This document shows positions 1 to 10,477 of a DNA stretch of 64,000 nucleotides, piece by piece. The DNA comes from Bacteroidota bacterium. GTDB lineage: Bacteria; Bacteroidota; Bacteroidia; Bacteroidales; JAGNHN01. Position 1 is the stretch's first letter. Each line of letters starts with the position of its first letter. The notes beneath the pieces are model-generated. The model had not been told where the DNA came from and made no database searches. It saw only the letters and a list, made by a program, of their open reading frames with translations. The stretch lies in assembly GCA_022710185.1 (NCBI GenBank), contig JAKLHK010000016.1:11900-75899 (forward strand), written 5' to 3'. The position numbers were made by a program, and so were the translations under genes.

Positions 1-1
1 C

Positions 2-1117
2 CCTTTTGAGGTGAAGGAGGGGTTCCAGTTGGGGGATGTGCATTATTACCTGATGTTCGGGGTGCTGGCCGGGCTGATCTCGGTGTATTTCACCCGGATG
101 TACCTCGGCATAGAGGACCTCTTCCGCCGCATTGCCTCCTGGCCGGTACGGCTCCTCATCGGAGGGGTGTCGCTGGGCATCCTCATCTTCTTCCTCCCTG
201 CGCTGTACGGCGAAGGCTACCAGGCCATCAACGCCTGCCTGCAGGGCGACTATTCCTATCTTTTCGACACCAGCCTCTTCAGCGGCTACCGCGGGAGCGT
301 TCCGACGGCCATACTGCTGGTGCTCATCATCGTGCTGGCCAAGGTCATCGCCACCGGACTCACCTTCGGTGCCGGGGGCGTGGGCGGCATATTCGCCCCT
401 ACCCTCTTCATGGGGGCCAACCTGGGGCTGTTCTTTGCGCTGCTGGTCAATCATTTCTCCCTGGGAGACGTCGTCCCCAGCCATTTCGCCCTGGTGGGTA
501 TGGCCGGGCTCATCGCCGGGGTGCTGCATGGCCCTCTCACGGCCATCTTCCTCATAGCCGAGATCACCGGGGGGTACAAGCTCTTCATGCCCCTGATGAT
601 CGTGAGCACCATCTCCTACGCCACCGTGAGGCTCTTCCTCACCAATTCTGTATACACCTACATGCTGGCCCGGCGGGGCGACCTGATCACCCATCACAAG
701 GACAAGGCGGTGCTCACCCGCATGAAGGTGAAGAACCTGGTGGAGACCAATTTCCTGACCATTGGGCCCGAAGCCAGCCTGAGAGAACTGGTGCAGCTCA
801 TTTCCCGCTCCCAGCGGAACATCTTCCCCGTCACCGAGCCCAACGGACATTTTCTGGGTATCGTGCGCCTCGACGATATCCGGGAGACCATGTTCCAGAC
901 CGAGCGCTACGATGATACCACCGTACGCAGCCTGATGGTGGTGCCTGAGGCCATCGTAGAGGTCACCGACACCATGGAGGCGGTGGCGGAGAAGTTCAAG
1001 CGCAGCGGCAAGTACAATATGGTGGTGCTGGAGAACGGCCGCTACCTGGGCTTCGTGAGCCGGGCCAATGTGTTTTCCGAATACCGCAACCTGCTGCAGC
1101 GCTATTCGGAGGAGTAA
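2..1117 (+). CDS. ClC-family chloride channel, C-terminal part with tandem CBS domains (5' end cut by window edge)
   Basis: The frame is open from the window start. The sequence is TM-rich with ClC-like GGIFAPTLFMGA and GPLTAIFLIAEITG. Two CBS-like modules (FLTIGPEASL...GIVRLDDI and VEVTDTMEAV...GFVSRANV) precede the stop. Confidence 0.85.
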   Translation, partial: PFEVKEGFQLGDVHYYLMFGVLAGLISVYFTRMYLGIEDLFRRIASWPVRLLIGGVSLGILIFFLPALYGEGYQAINACLQGDYSYLFDTSLFSGYRGSVPTAILLVLIIVLAKVIATGLTFGAGGVGGIFAPTLFMGANLGLFFALLVNHFSLGDVVPSHFALVGMAGLIAGVLHGPLTAIFLIAEITGGYKLFMPLMIVSTISYATVRLFLTNSVYTYMLARRGDLITHHKDKAVLTRMKVKNLVETNFLTIGPEASLRELVQLISRSQRNIFPVTEPNGHFLGIVRLDDIRETMFQTERYDDTTVRSLMVVPEAIVEVTDTMEAVAEKFKRSGKYNMVVLENGRYLGFVSRANVFSEYRNLLQRYSEE

Positions 1118-1259
1118 GCCAACCTTTCCCTGATTGTCCGGCCTTTTCTCAAAAAAATGGCCTATATTCCACCGTCAAATACCTGATGCCGGACCATCCT
1201 GACAAATCTGACTGCTTGATGGGGTGACCTGGAAGCGGGAATTGTCATCTAACCAATAC

Positions 1260-4200
1260 ATGATGAGACACTTAATAATCCTGACGCTATGCTGTGCCTC
1301 CCTGTGGCTTTCCGCCCAGGAGCGCATGACCTACCTGGATCCTGCTGAAGCCATGAAGGAGGCCGGCCTGGCCATGGAAGCCGGAGAACCAGAGGCAGCC
1401 CTGACCCTCCTCAGGGGAATAGATGAAAATGATTCGCTTTACCCTGAGGCATTCCTCATGATCTGCAGGGTGTTGTCGGGCGAAAACCGGCACCAGGAAA
1501 TCCCTCTGCTGGCCCGCCATGAGCTTGGGTTGGGACGGGGAGAACGACAGGAGCTGATGCATATCATGGTCACCGCCTACCTCAATTTGGAAGAGCCGGA
1601 AAAGGCCCTGCATCTGCTGGACAGCGTGCTCATCGATTATCCGTACAGTGCCAAAAGCTACTTCTATAAAGGCCATGCATACAAAAAGCTGAACGACAGA
1701 AGGCAGGCCCTGGCAAACTTCATCAGGGCAGCCGAACTCAATGTTTACTACCCCGCTCCCCATCTGGAGATCGGCAACCTTTGTCAGGACGAAGGGCTCA
1801 TCGCCCAGGCACTGCTGGCCTATAACAGCTACCTGTTGCTGAACAATGGTCCGTCCAACGCCCTGGATCTCCTGGTGTTCATGAACGAGATGGTTTCATC
1901 CAAGACTGAGACCAATCCATCGGGATCGGCCCTATCCCCGGACGATGAAGCCTTCAGGGAAATCGATCTGGTCCTGGGCAACTATGCCGCCCTGTCCGGG
2001 GAATACCGCACGGACAACCCCATTGATGTGCCCCTGGTGAAGCAGAACCATGCCTTGTTCAGTATGTTTGCTGATTACGAAGGCACACAGGGCTTCTGGA
2101 GCCGGGTGTATGTGCCCTTCTATCGGAACCTGATGGAGCGTGGATCATTCAACGACTTCATTTACAGGATCATGAACGCCACGACCAATGAAAAATTCGC
2201 CAAAGTGATCAGTAAGAACGAGGGTGGGCAAGCCGCCTTCGTAAACTGGGTTGCCGAAGCATGGAAGCAGCATATGCGCGCTGTGGCCATCCACGATCTG
2301 AAACCGGACGGAGGATCCATCCATTACTATCCCTCCGGCGAGGTGAACTCGGTTGGTGCTGCTGATGCCGAAGGCAATCCATGTGGTTTCGGTTACTATT
2401 ACTTCAAGGAAGGCAACCTCATGTCGGAAGGTAGGCTGGAAAATGGCAAGTACCAGGGGGACTGGATATGGTACAATGCCAGGGGCAAACGTTCCCGGGT
2501 TGCGCAAGTGAAGGATGATCAGCTCCATGGAAGATGTGAAGACTATCATCCCAATGGTGTGATCTTTGCCCGCTCGACCTACGAGCACGGAGATTACAAC
2601 GGGGAATACCGCGAATACTCTGCACAGGGCATACTTCAGCTTATCGCACATTACCGCAAGGGCACCCTGCACGGTGACTATCAGACCTTCCACCCCCTGG
2701 GCGAAGCTTTTCCTGATTACCAGTATCATTTCGAAGAAGGGCTGATCCAGGGGGAGGTCAGAAAATACTACCCCAATGGCCAGTTGGAGCTTGCTGTGAG
2801 CATGGTGGATGGAAAAAAGGAAGGGAAGGAGGAACAGTACTTTATGCACGGTTCCCTCAAGGAGGTTGTCCACTATTCCGATGGCCTCCGCCAGGGGGAG
2901 GTACAACAGTATCACAAGAACGGTGCGTTATCCCTGAAGGGCAGCTTTCAGAACGACCTACCCTCAGGGGAATGGGTCGAGTACCGTGCCGATTCGACGG
3001 TATTGCAAAAATACTCCCACAACCAGAAGGGTGAGCTTGAAGGAGAGTACCACGACTTTGACGCGATGGGGAGGCTTGCCTCCATTTCCTATTACGCCAA
3101 TGGAAAAGTGATGCGGATCGTTTCCTACGATAAGGAAGGGAACATCATTACAGATGACCGCCGCCAGGGGAGCCGCATTCTGCTGGCCAACCGGTATACC
3201 AACGGAAATCCCCGAACGGCAGGAGAGTACTACATCGAAGGGCAGAAGCAGGGTAACTGGAAGTATTATGGCATATACGGCGAGTTGGTAAACGAGGAGA
3301 ATTACGAAAATGGAATACTCGAAGGGCCTTTCCGGGAATACTGGAACGATGGCACCCTGAAGACCTATCATGAGAACCATGCTAACCTGATCCATGGTTA
3401 TTCGGCAACCTATTATCCTGACGGCAGGATCAAGGAAGAGGGATATATGACGGAAGGGCAAGCGCATGGACCGTGGCGGGACTATTATGCCAACGGAGGC
3501 CTGAGGACCAGTGTATTCTTCGACCGGGGCAGCAGGAATGGAATTTCACGCTATTACTCCCCTGAGGGCCAACCATGGTATCAGGAGCACTACCTGAACG
3601 GAGTGCTGGAGAAGACCGAGATGACCGACACCCTGGGGAGGGTAGTTCAGACCATTGACCATTTCAGCCTGGACACCTTCAGGACCTTTTTCTATGACGG
3701 GCGGTTGCATACGGTGAAGTCCTTCAGGTCAGGGGTGCTGCACGGTCCCTTTCTGACCTACCATCCCAACGGCAAACTCGCTTCGAGGGGAGCATTCTTC
3801 AATGGGACTCCCCATGGAAATTGGGAAACCTACCATGAGAACGGAAGCCTCTATAATTCAACGAGCTACCTGTACGGTGAATCACACGGCGTATGGAAGG
3901 GCTATTATGAGGACGGGACACCCGAAATGGTGATTAGGTTCTCCTATGGGCAGCCTGAAGGGATATGGACATATTTCAGCTATTCAGGAGACACAACCCA
4001 TGTGGTCCGGTTCCATAACGGACAAAGGCACGGGCCTGCGCGGTTCATGGACAATCAGGGCAGCCTGCAGATGGTACGGTACTATGAAAACGGTGAGCTT
4101 ATGGCTTATCTTTCGCCCGGACCCTCAGGCGCCAACGGAGGGATACAACCCCTGCCCGGAGGTAGCGGGGAAATGAAGACGTATTTCCCAGACGGTCGTC

Positions 4201-4544
4201 TGGCCCGGGTTATGCATATGATGCATGGGGAATTACATGGGGAGTTTACGTCCAACTACAATAATGGCCTGCGTTGTGATTACCAGCAATACAAAACAGG
4301 GTCTGGACATGGCCTCCACCTGGAGTACTATCCTGACGGCAAGCCGAAGATCGAAACATCTTATCTAAATGGGGAGGAGCATGGAATACAGAAGAAGTAT
4401 TCTCCGGAGGGCAAACTGCTTTCGGTGCTGACCTACCAGTGCGGGGTGCTTCACGGACCTGCCCAATTCTATGATGATCAGGGTCGTATGACCCGTAAGG
4501 CCATATTTGCAAACGATATGATCGTGTATGAAGAAAAACTCTAG
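1260..4544 (+). CDS. Secreted giant TPR + MORN-variant (YwqK-like) repeat protein
   Basis: Signal peptide MMRHLIILTLCCASLWLSAQE begins at in-frame ATG 1260, so the ORF-track GTG at 1224 was trimmed. TPR-like helical repeats lie in the first ~210 aa. They are followed by many tandem repeats of the type G-x-W-x-x-Y-x-x-N-G, e.g. GDWIWYNARGKR, GEWVEYRADSTV, GNWKYYGIYGEL, GPWRDYYANGGL. Confidence 0.75.
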   Translation: MMRHLIILTLCCASLWLSAQERMTYLDPAEAMKEAGLAMEAGEPEAALTLLRGIDENDSLYPEAFLMICRVLSGENRHQEIPLLARHELGLGRGERQELMHIMVTAYLNLEEPEKALHLLDSVLIDYPYSAKSYFYKGHAYKKLNDRRQALANFIRAAELNVYYPAPHLEIGNLCQDEGLIAQALLAYNSYLLLNNGPSNALDLLVFMNEMVSSKTETNPSGSALSPDDEAFREIDLVLGNYAALSGEYRTDNPIDVPLVKQNHALFSMFADYEGTQGFWSRVYVPFYRNLMERGSFNDFIYRIMNATTNEKFAKVISKNEGGQAAFVNWVAEAWKQHMRAVAIHDLKPDGGSIHYYPSGEVNSVGAADAEGNPCGFGYYYFKEGNLMSEGRLENGKYQGDWIWYNARGKRSRVAQVKDDQLHGRCEDYHPNGVIFARSTYEHGDYNGEYREYSAQGILQLIAHYRKGTLHGDYQTFHPLGEAFPDYQYHFEEGLIQGEVRKYYPNGQLELAVSMVDGKKEGKEEQYFMHGSLKEVVHYSDGLRQGEVQQYHKNGALSLKGSFQNDLPSGEWVEYRADSTVLQKYSHNQKGELEGEYHDFDAMGRLASISYYANGKVMRIVSYDKEGNIITDDRRQGSRILLANRYTNGNPRTAGEYYIEGQKQGNWKYYGIYGELVNEENYENGILEGPFREYWNDGTLKTYHENHANLIHGYSATYYPDGRIKEEGYMTEGQAHGPWRDYYANGGLRTSVFFDRGSRNGISRYYSPEGQPWYQEHYLNGVLEKTEMTDTLGRVVQTIDHFSLDTFRTFFYDGRLHTVKSFRSGVLHGPFLTYHPNGKLASRGAFFNGTPHGNWETYHENGSLYNSTSYLYGESHGVWKGYYEDGTPEMVIRFSYGQPEGIWTYFSYSGDTTHVVRFHNGQRHGPARFMDNQGSLQMVRYYENGELMAYLSPGPSGANGGIQPLPGGSGEMKTYFPDGRLARVMHMMHGELHGEFTSNYNNGLRCDYQQYKTGSGHGLHLEYYPDGKPKIETSYLNGEEHGIQKKYSPEGKLLSVLTYQCGVLHGPAQFYDDQGRMTRKAIFANDMIVYEEKL

Positions 4545-6468
4545 CCTTTGGACAGGTCTGGCGCTCGTGCTGCTGACCGGATGTCTGATGGCACAGCCTC
4601 AGCCCGGCCTCCTGCAGGAAATGCGGTCTGCCTATCCCGGCGCCCGTTTCATCCAGCTGAAGCAACGTTCGGTCTATACCATTGATGTGCTGAAGGATAA
4701 ACTGGATATCAGCCTTTGCCAGGAAGAGCAACTGATGTACCTGGACCATATCCCTTATTCAGATGCCAAACGTTCCATTTACAGCACCGAGTTCAACCAG
4801 CTGGTGGACCATGACCTCAGTGTTTACAACCTGGATAAGGGAAAGTACCGTAAGACCCGGGTTACCGGATACAGTGAGATCGTTAACACCCGGGAACGCT
4901 CTTTTTATGATGACATCAAGGAATACAGTTTCTTTTTCCCGGGAGTGAGGGAAGGCAGCGTTATGGAGATCAAGACAGAACACCGGTTCACCGATCCCCG
5001 TCTGATCTTCGGCCCATTTCTGGCCGAAAGATTCCCCATCCATGAGTTCGAGGTGATCTTCGATATGGATGAGGGTGTGGAATTGGAGGTGTTCGAAAAG
5101 CACTTTCAGGCAACGGACATTCAACGTTCTACCCAACATCACAAAGGGCGGCGGATTGTTACCTACACCCGCAGGGCCAGTCCACCCATGCGGGAGGAAA
5201 CCAACAGTCCACCTCCCCGATACTATTACCCTCACCTCATTCCCGTGATCCGGAGTTTCCGTTCGGGCAACGAACGAATCGATGTTCTGGGTGACCTCCA
5301 CAGCCTGTATTCCTGGTACTTCAGCTTCATCAGGGACCTGGAGCAGGACATTGATCTCGCTGCGCTCCGCCAGCTCACCGACAGCCTGGTCCGAAATAGT
5401 GACCCTCCGAGGGAGCGGATGGAAAAGATCTACTACTGGGTTCAATCCCACATCAAGTACATTGACTTCGAATACGGTATGGGTGGACTGGTTCCGCGCA
5501 AGCCGGATCAGGTGCTGGCACAACGATACGGCGATTGCAAGGATAATTCGGGTTTGCTCCATGTATTGCTGAAACTCGCCGGAATCCCCTCCTATCTCAG
5601 CTGGACCGGATCGCGTGACCTGCCTTATTCCTATGACGAGATTTCCTCCCCGGCTACAGATGACCACATGATCGTGACCTGCCTGCTTGATGGGGACACC
5701 TTTTTTCTGGACCCTGTCACGGAATACCACCATTGTACCCTGCCCAGCCGTTTTACCCAGGGTAAGCAGGTCCTTGCGGCCATCTCCCACGATTCGGCCC
5801 TGATCCTCAACATCCCGGTAGTCTCCCCCTCCCGGAATTTCATCCGGGACAGCGTCGCCCTCACGATTGACGGCACAGACCTTCATGGAAAGGGAAGCTT
5901 GTATGCCCGGGGCTACCGCAAGGTCGCACTGGCCGATATCCTGACCCGCCCCCAGGGCCCCGCACGCCAGGAAGCCCTGGAAGGATATCTGCAAAAAGGG
6001 AACAACAAGTTCGTGGTGGAAGATGTGGAAACAGGGCCGCTGCCCAGCTTTTCGCCTGACCTTCAACTCGGCTACCGGTTCAATATCGGTAACTATGTCC
6101 ATGCCATCGATGACCGCTTGTTCATCGATCTGAACCTGAGTCGGAAGATGCTGCCCTATAAGCCGGTAAAGGACCGGCAGACTCCAATCGAACTGGGGAG
6201 CACCCTGAGCGACACCCTTTTCATCACCCTGGAGATCCCGAAGGGTTTCCACCTGCAATACCTTCCACCGACCATGGAGTTCAGCGGTGCCGACTTCGGG
6301 TACAGCCTCAGCTATGCCTCGGAGGGGAACCTCATCAGGGCCAGGCATGCCTTCCGCTGTAGCAAACTAATGATCGAAAGTATGGAAATTCCTGCCTGGG
6401 CCGCCTTTATTGCAAGCCTTGAAGCAGCTTTTAAAGAAACCATAATCCTTCAAAAAGATGAAAAATAG
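4528..6468 (+). CDS. Transglutaminase-like lipoprotein (DUF3857/transglutaminase-core/DUF3858-type architecture)
   Basis: Lipobox LVLLTGC. Cys-His-Asp transglutaminase core is intact (YGDCKDNSGLL, DDHMIVTC, FFLDP). The start overlaps the upstream stop by 17 nt. Confidence 0.75.
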   Translation: MKKNSSLWTGLALVLLTGCLMAQPQPGLLQEMRSAYPGARFIQLKQRSVYTIDVLKDKLDISLCQEEQLMYLDHIPYSDAKRSIYSTEFNQLVDHDLSVYNLDKGKYRKTRVTGYSEIVNTRERSFYDDIKEYSFFFPGVREGSVMEIKTEHRFTDPRLIFGPFLAERFPIHEFEVIFDMDEGVELEVFEKHFQATDIQRSTQHHKGRRIVTYTRRASPPMREETNSPPPRYYYPHLIPVIRSFRSGNERIDVLGDLHSLYSWYFSFIRDLEQDIDLAALRQLTDSLVRNSDPPRERMEKIYYWVQSHIKYIDFEYGMGGLVPRKPDQVLAQRYGDCKDNSGLLHVLLKLAGIPSYLSWTGSRDLPYSYDEISSPATDDHMIVTCLLDGDTFFLDPVTEYHHCTLPSRFTQGKQVLAAISHDSALILNIPVVSPSRNFIRDSVALTIDGTDLHGKGSLYARGYRKVALADILTRPQGPARQEALEGYLQKGNNKFVVEDVETGPLPSFSPDLQLGYRFNIGNYVHAIDDRLFIDLNLSRKMLPYKPVKDRQTPIELGSTLSDTLFITLEIPKGFHLQYLPPTMEFSGADFGYSLSYASEGNLIRARHAFRCSKLMIESMEIPAWAAFIASLEAAFKETIILQKDEK

Positions 6469-8407
6469 CACCCTGCTCCTACTGCTGGCCTTCGGGCTGG
6501 GCAGCTGCCTCCTTTCTGTGCGGGCGCAGCAGATCACTTCGTATGACTGGAATCAGCGGTTCACTTATCAGTACCTGTCCGAAGTTCCGCGGGATATACT
6601 TTTCCTGTCAGAAATCGTGGAATACGTCTATGAGGAGAATGCGCTGGTCCAGTATGAACTGATGCACCATGCCCACCTTCTTACCACCGATGAGGCTGTG
6701 AATGACAACAATAAGCTATACATTTCCATCAGCGAGCGAAAAACTCTGGTCGATGTCAAGATCCGCATCCTCTCGCCCAACGGATCGGTGAGGGAAGATA
6801 AGAGCCCCTCACTGCTTTCATCCATCGATGAGGAAAGCGGGCAGTCGTACAGCTATTTTGCCATCGATGGGATCAGCAAAGGAGATATCGTTGAATACAT
6901 GTACATTACCCGCAGAGATCCCAGGTACAACGGGACCATGAAAACATTCCAGCGCTCCGACCCGGTGAGGGAATACCACTTTCTGCTCCGCTCCCCCTCC
7001 AACCTGATCTTCAAGTTCAAAACCTACAGCACTGATGCGGAAGTGGTCCGCGATACCAACGTCAGTGGTTACAATCAATGGTCCCTTGCAGCAAGTAACC
7101 TGCCTGGCATCCCAAAGGAAGATTTCTGCCCCACCAACCTGATCTCTGCGCGACTGATATACAAGCTGGACCAGAACACATACAATGGTGCAAGGGATAT
7201 CAGTTCCTATGGCAGCCTTAGCCAGAACCTCTTCAAAAACCTGAGGGACCTCACCAAAGGGGAAGAGAAGACCATACTGAAATTCCTGAAGGAACAAAAG
7301 ATACCATCGGAGGCAGCTACCGAAGACCGCATTGTCATGCTTGAACAAGGGATCAAGAATACCATCAGGCTGGATGATGTAGAAGGATCTGACGATGCGG
7401 AGGAAGCTATCCGGACCCTGCTGGCCTCTGATTTTGGCATGGTGAAGATCTACCTGCGTTGCCTGGAGGAAATGGGGATCAAGTATGAAGTGGTGCTAAC
7501 CGGCGACCGGAACTACGCCAGGATGGACGAGACATTTGAGTCGCTCAATTTCCTGACAGACTATTTTCTCTACTTCCCCGAAACCGATGCCTTCCTCGCC
7601 CCCAACTCCTTCGCCTACCGTTATGGCATCATTCCTGAAGAATTCACAGATAACAACGGGCTGTTCATCCGGGAAAAGAAACTTGGGGACATGATCACCG
7701 GGGTGGGCAAGATCAAGTATATCCCTCCTTCGCCCTACGGGCGCTCATTTCACGACCTGGACATCAAGGTAAAGATGAGTGAAGATATGGGTGCGGCCCT
7801 AATCGAGCTGGAGAATTCCATGGGGGGCCATTTCGGATCAGGGGTCCATGCACATATCCCCTTTGTGGATGAGCACCGCAAGGAAGAGATCGTGAAGAAC
7901 ATGTCGGCGGGGATGCTTAAGAACCTGGAGCTTGATTCCTGGGAACTGATCCACGCGACCAAGGATGCTATCGGACGCAAACCCCTCATCCTTCGCCTGA
8001 AGGGAAAAGATGCTTCGCTGATCCAGAAGGCCGGGGACCAGTACCTGTTCAAAGTGGGGGAGTTGATCGGGCCCCAGGTGGAGATCTATAGCGAGGATAA
8101 ACGAAAAACCCCGCTATACAGTGATTATAAACGGAGGTTCACTCGGGTCATCCGCTTCGAGATCCCCGAGGGCTACCGTGTGGTACCTCCAGAGGGACTT
8201 CGCATGTTCGAAGAATATACCAAGGATGGCAACCAGGTACTGCTGTTTCAATCGGAATATATAATTGAAGGCAATCTTCTGACCATCAACATTCAGGAGT
8301 TCTACGACCAATTGTGGTTCGACCTCCCGGAGTACGGGCATTATCGCCGCGTAGTGAATGCCGCTGCTGACTTCAATAAGCTGGTTCTGGTCATGGAAAA
8401 GAAATAG
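6458..8407 (+). CDS. DUF3857-like paralogue of the upstream transglutaminase-like protein, catalytic Cys absent
   Basis: Signal peptide MKNSTLLLLLAFGLGSCLLSVRAQ. It has the same length class as the upstream gene. The position equivalent to GDCKD reads SDFGMVKIY, with no Cys. The start overlaps the upstream stop by 11 nt. Confidence 0.65.
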   Translation: MKNSTLLLLLAFGLGSCLLSVRAQQITSYDWNQRFTYQYLSEVPRDILFLSEIVEYVYEENALVQYELMHHAHLLTTDEAVNDNNKLYISISERKTLVDVKIRILSPNGSVREDKSPSLLSSIDEESGQSYSYFAIDGISKGDIVEYMYITRRDPRYNGTMKTFQRSDPVREYHFLLRSPSNLIFKFKTYSTDAEVVRDTNVSGYNQWSLAASNLPGIPKEDFCPTNLISARLIYKLDQNTYNGARDISSYGSLSQNLFKNLRDLTKGEEKTILKFLKEQKIPSEAATEDRIVMLEQGIKNTIRLDDVEGSDDAEEAIRTLLASDFGMVKIYLRCLEEMGIKYEVVLTGDRNYARMDETFESLNFLTDYFLYFPETDAFLAPNSFAYRYGIIPEEFTDNNGLFIREKKLGDMITGVGKIKYIPPSPYGRSFHDLDIKVKMSEDMGAALIELENSMGGHFGSGVHAHIPFVDEHRKEEIVKNMSAGMLKNLELDSWELIHATKDAIGRKPLILRLKGKDASLIQKAGDQYLFKVGELIGPQVEIYSEDKRKTPLYSDYKRRFTRVIRFEIPEGYRVVPPEGLRMFEEYTKDGNQVLLFQSEYIIEGNLLTINIQEFYDQLWFDLPEYGHYRRVVNAAADFNKLVLVMEKK

Positions 8408-8433
8408 CAATGCCCGTCAACCAGCCTTTATGA

Positions 8434-10425
8434 TCATGCTTGATCCTGGTCTTTCGGCGAAGCAGTGATCCGGCGGATCACCTCTTCAGGATGGTGAAGC
8501 GGCGGGGAGCAAGAGTACGCCGTGCACAGGAAAGCCTGGGTATTCCCGGGTACTCGTCTGCTTTGCAGGTGCGGAATCATCGAGCCTCCGCTATCGATAG
8601 CTACCATCAGAAAGGGAGGGTTCAGCGCCTTTACCTTTTCGCCCCAGGCTGCTGCCTGGGGCCCCGTGATGAACAGGGTGCCCAGGGGGACGCTGAGGTC
8701 GAGGAGAACCAGTCCCCATCCGAGATGCCCGGTGGGCCATTGCTTCATGGCGGGGTGCATGGCGGCGGTCATGCGCGCGGCCCGGTCGCTGAGGTCGTGC
8801 CGTTCCAGCAGCAGGCCCAGTTTCAGCAGCACCCCGGCCATTACCGCATTGCTGGAGGGCATCACCGTGTCGTGGGTCTCCAGGGTACGGCTCAGCAAGG
8901 CCCGGCTATCCGCCGGGGCAAACCACAGGAGGTCACTGCCTGGTCCGCCGAAACGTCCCAGCGCCTCTTCGGCCAGATGCAGGGCCTGCAGCAGCCAAGG
9001 CTCTTCCAATGTGGCCTGGTGCAGGTCGACCAGGGCCGCGGCCAGCAAGGCATAGTCTTCCAGGAAGGCTTCCTGATAGGCCTTCCCCTCTTTCCACACA
9101 TGGCTCAGCCTTCCCCCGGGAAGCCTCATCCGGTCCACAAGGAAGCGCGCGAGACCGCGGGCCTCCTCCAACAGTCCGTCTCGTCCCGAAGCCCGCCCGG
9201 CATGGCAGAGGGCGGACAGCATCAGGGCGTTCCAGGAACAGATGACCTTGTCATCGCAAGCCGGGGCAGGGCGCAATGAACGGGCGACCCTCAGCCGTTC
9301 CAGCAGCAACAGCATGCCCTGGTCCGGGTCGCTGAGGCTGCGCAACACATGGCGGCCGCCTTCCCATAGCGAGTGTTGTCCAATACCATAGGCCGTGCTG
9401 AATGTTTCAAAATCCTGGCCCAGGACCTCCTTCAGCTCTTCCCTTGTCCAAACATAATACCTCCCCTCCTCCCCTTCGCTGTCAGCATCCAGGGAACCTG
9501 AATAGGCGCCCCCCGCTTGCCGTAGCTCCCGCTGCAGGAATTCCAGGCTGCGCAGGGCGGGGATGAGTAAGGCCGCCTCCCCGGTGAGGGCCGCAGCCAC
9601 TGAGTACAGGCTCACCAGCTGGGCGTTGTCGTAAAGCATCTTCTCAAAATGCGGAACATGCCATGCCTCATCCACACTGTAGCGTGCAAAGCCGCCCCCA
9701 ACATGGTCGAAGAGCCCCCCCCGGGCCATGGAACGCAGGGTCAGCCCCAGGTGGGCGAGGCCCGACGCATCCTGCCGCAGCCAGGCATGCTTCAACAGGA
9801 AGCTCCAGACCACGGGCAGGGGAAATTTGGGTGCCCCCCGGGTTCCACCATGTACAGGATCCCATTGCCGGCGAAGGGCCTGGGCCATGCTGTCGGCCAG
9901 CGTTTCCCCGGAGGCCTCCGGGCCGGGGGCCACGGCAAACAGCTCGTTCCGTTGTATCCCTTCGGCCAGTTGCTCCGCCTGCTGCAGCACCAGACGGCGG
10001 TTGTCGCGATACACGGCGGCAATGTTCTCCAGCAGCGAAAGCCAGGGACCGGGCCGGAAATAGGTTCCGCCGTAGAATGGCCTTCCATCGGGCAGGGCAA
10101 ACACATTCAGCGGCCATCCCCCGTTGCCGTTCATGAGCTGCACCGCGGTCATGAACACATGGTCCACATCGGGCCGCTCCTCCCGGTCTACCTTGATGCA
10201 CACGAAGTGAGCATTCATCACGGCGGCGATGGCCTCATCGGTGAAGGTCTCCCGCTCCATCACATGGCACCAGTGACAGGAGGAGTAGCCTATGCTGATC
10301 AGCAGGGGCTTGTCTTCCACAGCGGCCCGGTCCAGGGCCGCGTCGCCCCAGGGATGCCATTCCACCGGATTATGCTGGTGCTGCAGAAGATAGGGACTGG
10401 CTGATCCTGCAAGAAAATTGGGCAT
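8434..10425 (-). CDS. Thioredoxin-domain protein of the YyaL/DUF255 family
   Basis: N-terminus [13 protein letters not shown]...[19 protein letters not shown] is typical of DUF255. The long C-terminal region is helical-repeat (epimerase-like). Confidence 0.85.
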   Translation of the reverse strand: MPNFLAGSASPYLLQHQHNPVEWHPWGDAALDRAAVEDKPLLISIGYSSCHWCHVMERETFTDEAIAAVMNAHFVCIKVDREERPDVDHVFMTAVQLMNGNGGWPLNVFALPDGRPFYGGTYFRPGPWLSLLENIAAVYRDNRRLVLQQAEQLAEGIQRNELFAVAPGPEASGETLADSMAQALRRQWDPVHGGTRGAPKFPLPVVWSFLLKHAWLRQDASGLAHLGLTLRSMARGGLFDHVGGGFARYSVDEAWHVPHFEKMLYDNAQLVSLYSVAAALTGEAALLIPALRSLEFLQRELRQAGGAYSGSLDADSEGEEGRYYVWTREELKEVLGQDFETFSTAYGIGQHSLWEGGRHVLRSLSDPDQGMLLLLERLRVARSLRPAPACDDKVICSWNALMLSALCHAGRASGRDGLLEEARGLARFLVDRMRLPGGRLSHVWKEGKAYQEAFLEDYALLAAALVDLHQATLEEPWLLQALHLAEEALGRFGGPGSDLLWFAPADSRALLSRTLETHDTVMPSSNAVMAGVLLKLGLLLERHDLSDRAARMTAAMHPAMKQWPTGHLGWGLVLLDLSVPLGTLFITGPQAAAWGEKVKALNPPFLMVAIDSGGSMIPHLQSRRVPGNTQAFLCTAYSCSPPLHHPEEVIRRITASPKDQDQA

Positions 10426-10477
10426 GACAAGTGAATGGTTAATCTGTCCACCCTTGCATGGGCATGGACAGGAGCAA

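Noticed and set aside
1260-4544. A reading of the YwqK/MORN-repeat protein as the antitoxin of a toxin-antitoxin system.
   Set aside because: The protein is 1094 aa, secreted and repeat-dominated, and there is no adjacent toxin (e.g. a YwqJ-like deaminase or nuclease). The repeat type alone does not make a TA module.
4759-6348. Long antisense ORFs opposite real genes: 4759-6348(-), 11843-13294(+), 14221-15360(+), 23766-25112(-), 39346-40551(-), 55522-56664(+) and 36702-37829(-).
   Set aside because: For the first three I checked the frames and they are codon-aligned antisense frames of recognisable genes. The others show the same pattern. Their products lack motifs and are compositionally skewed. 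This is a standard artefact of GC-rich DNA.
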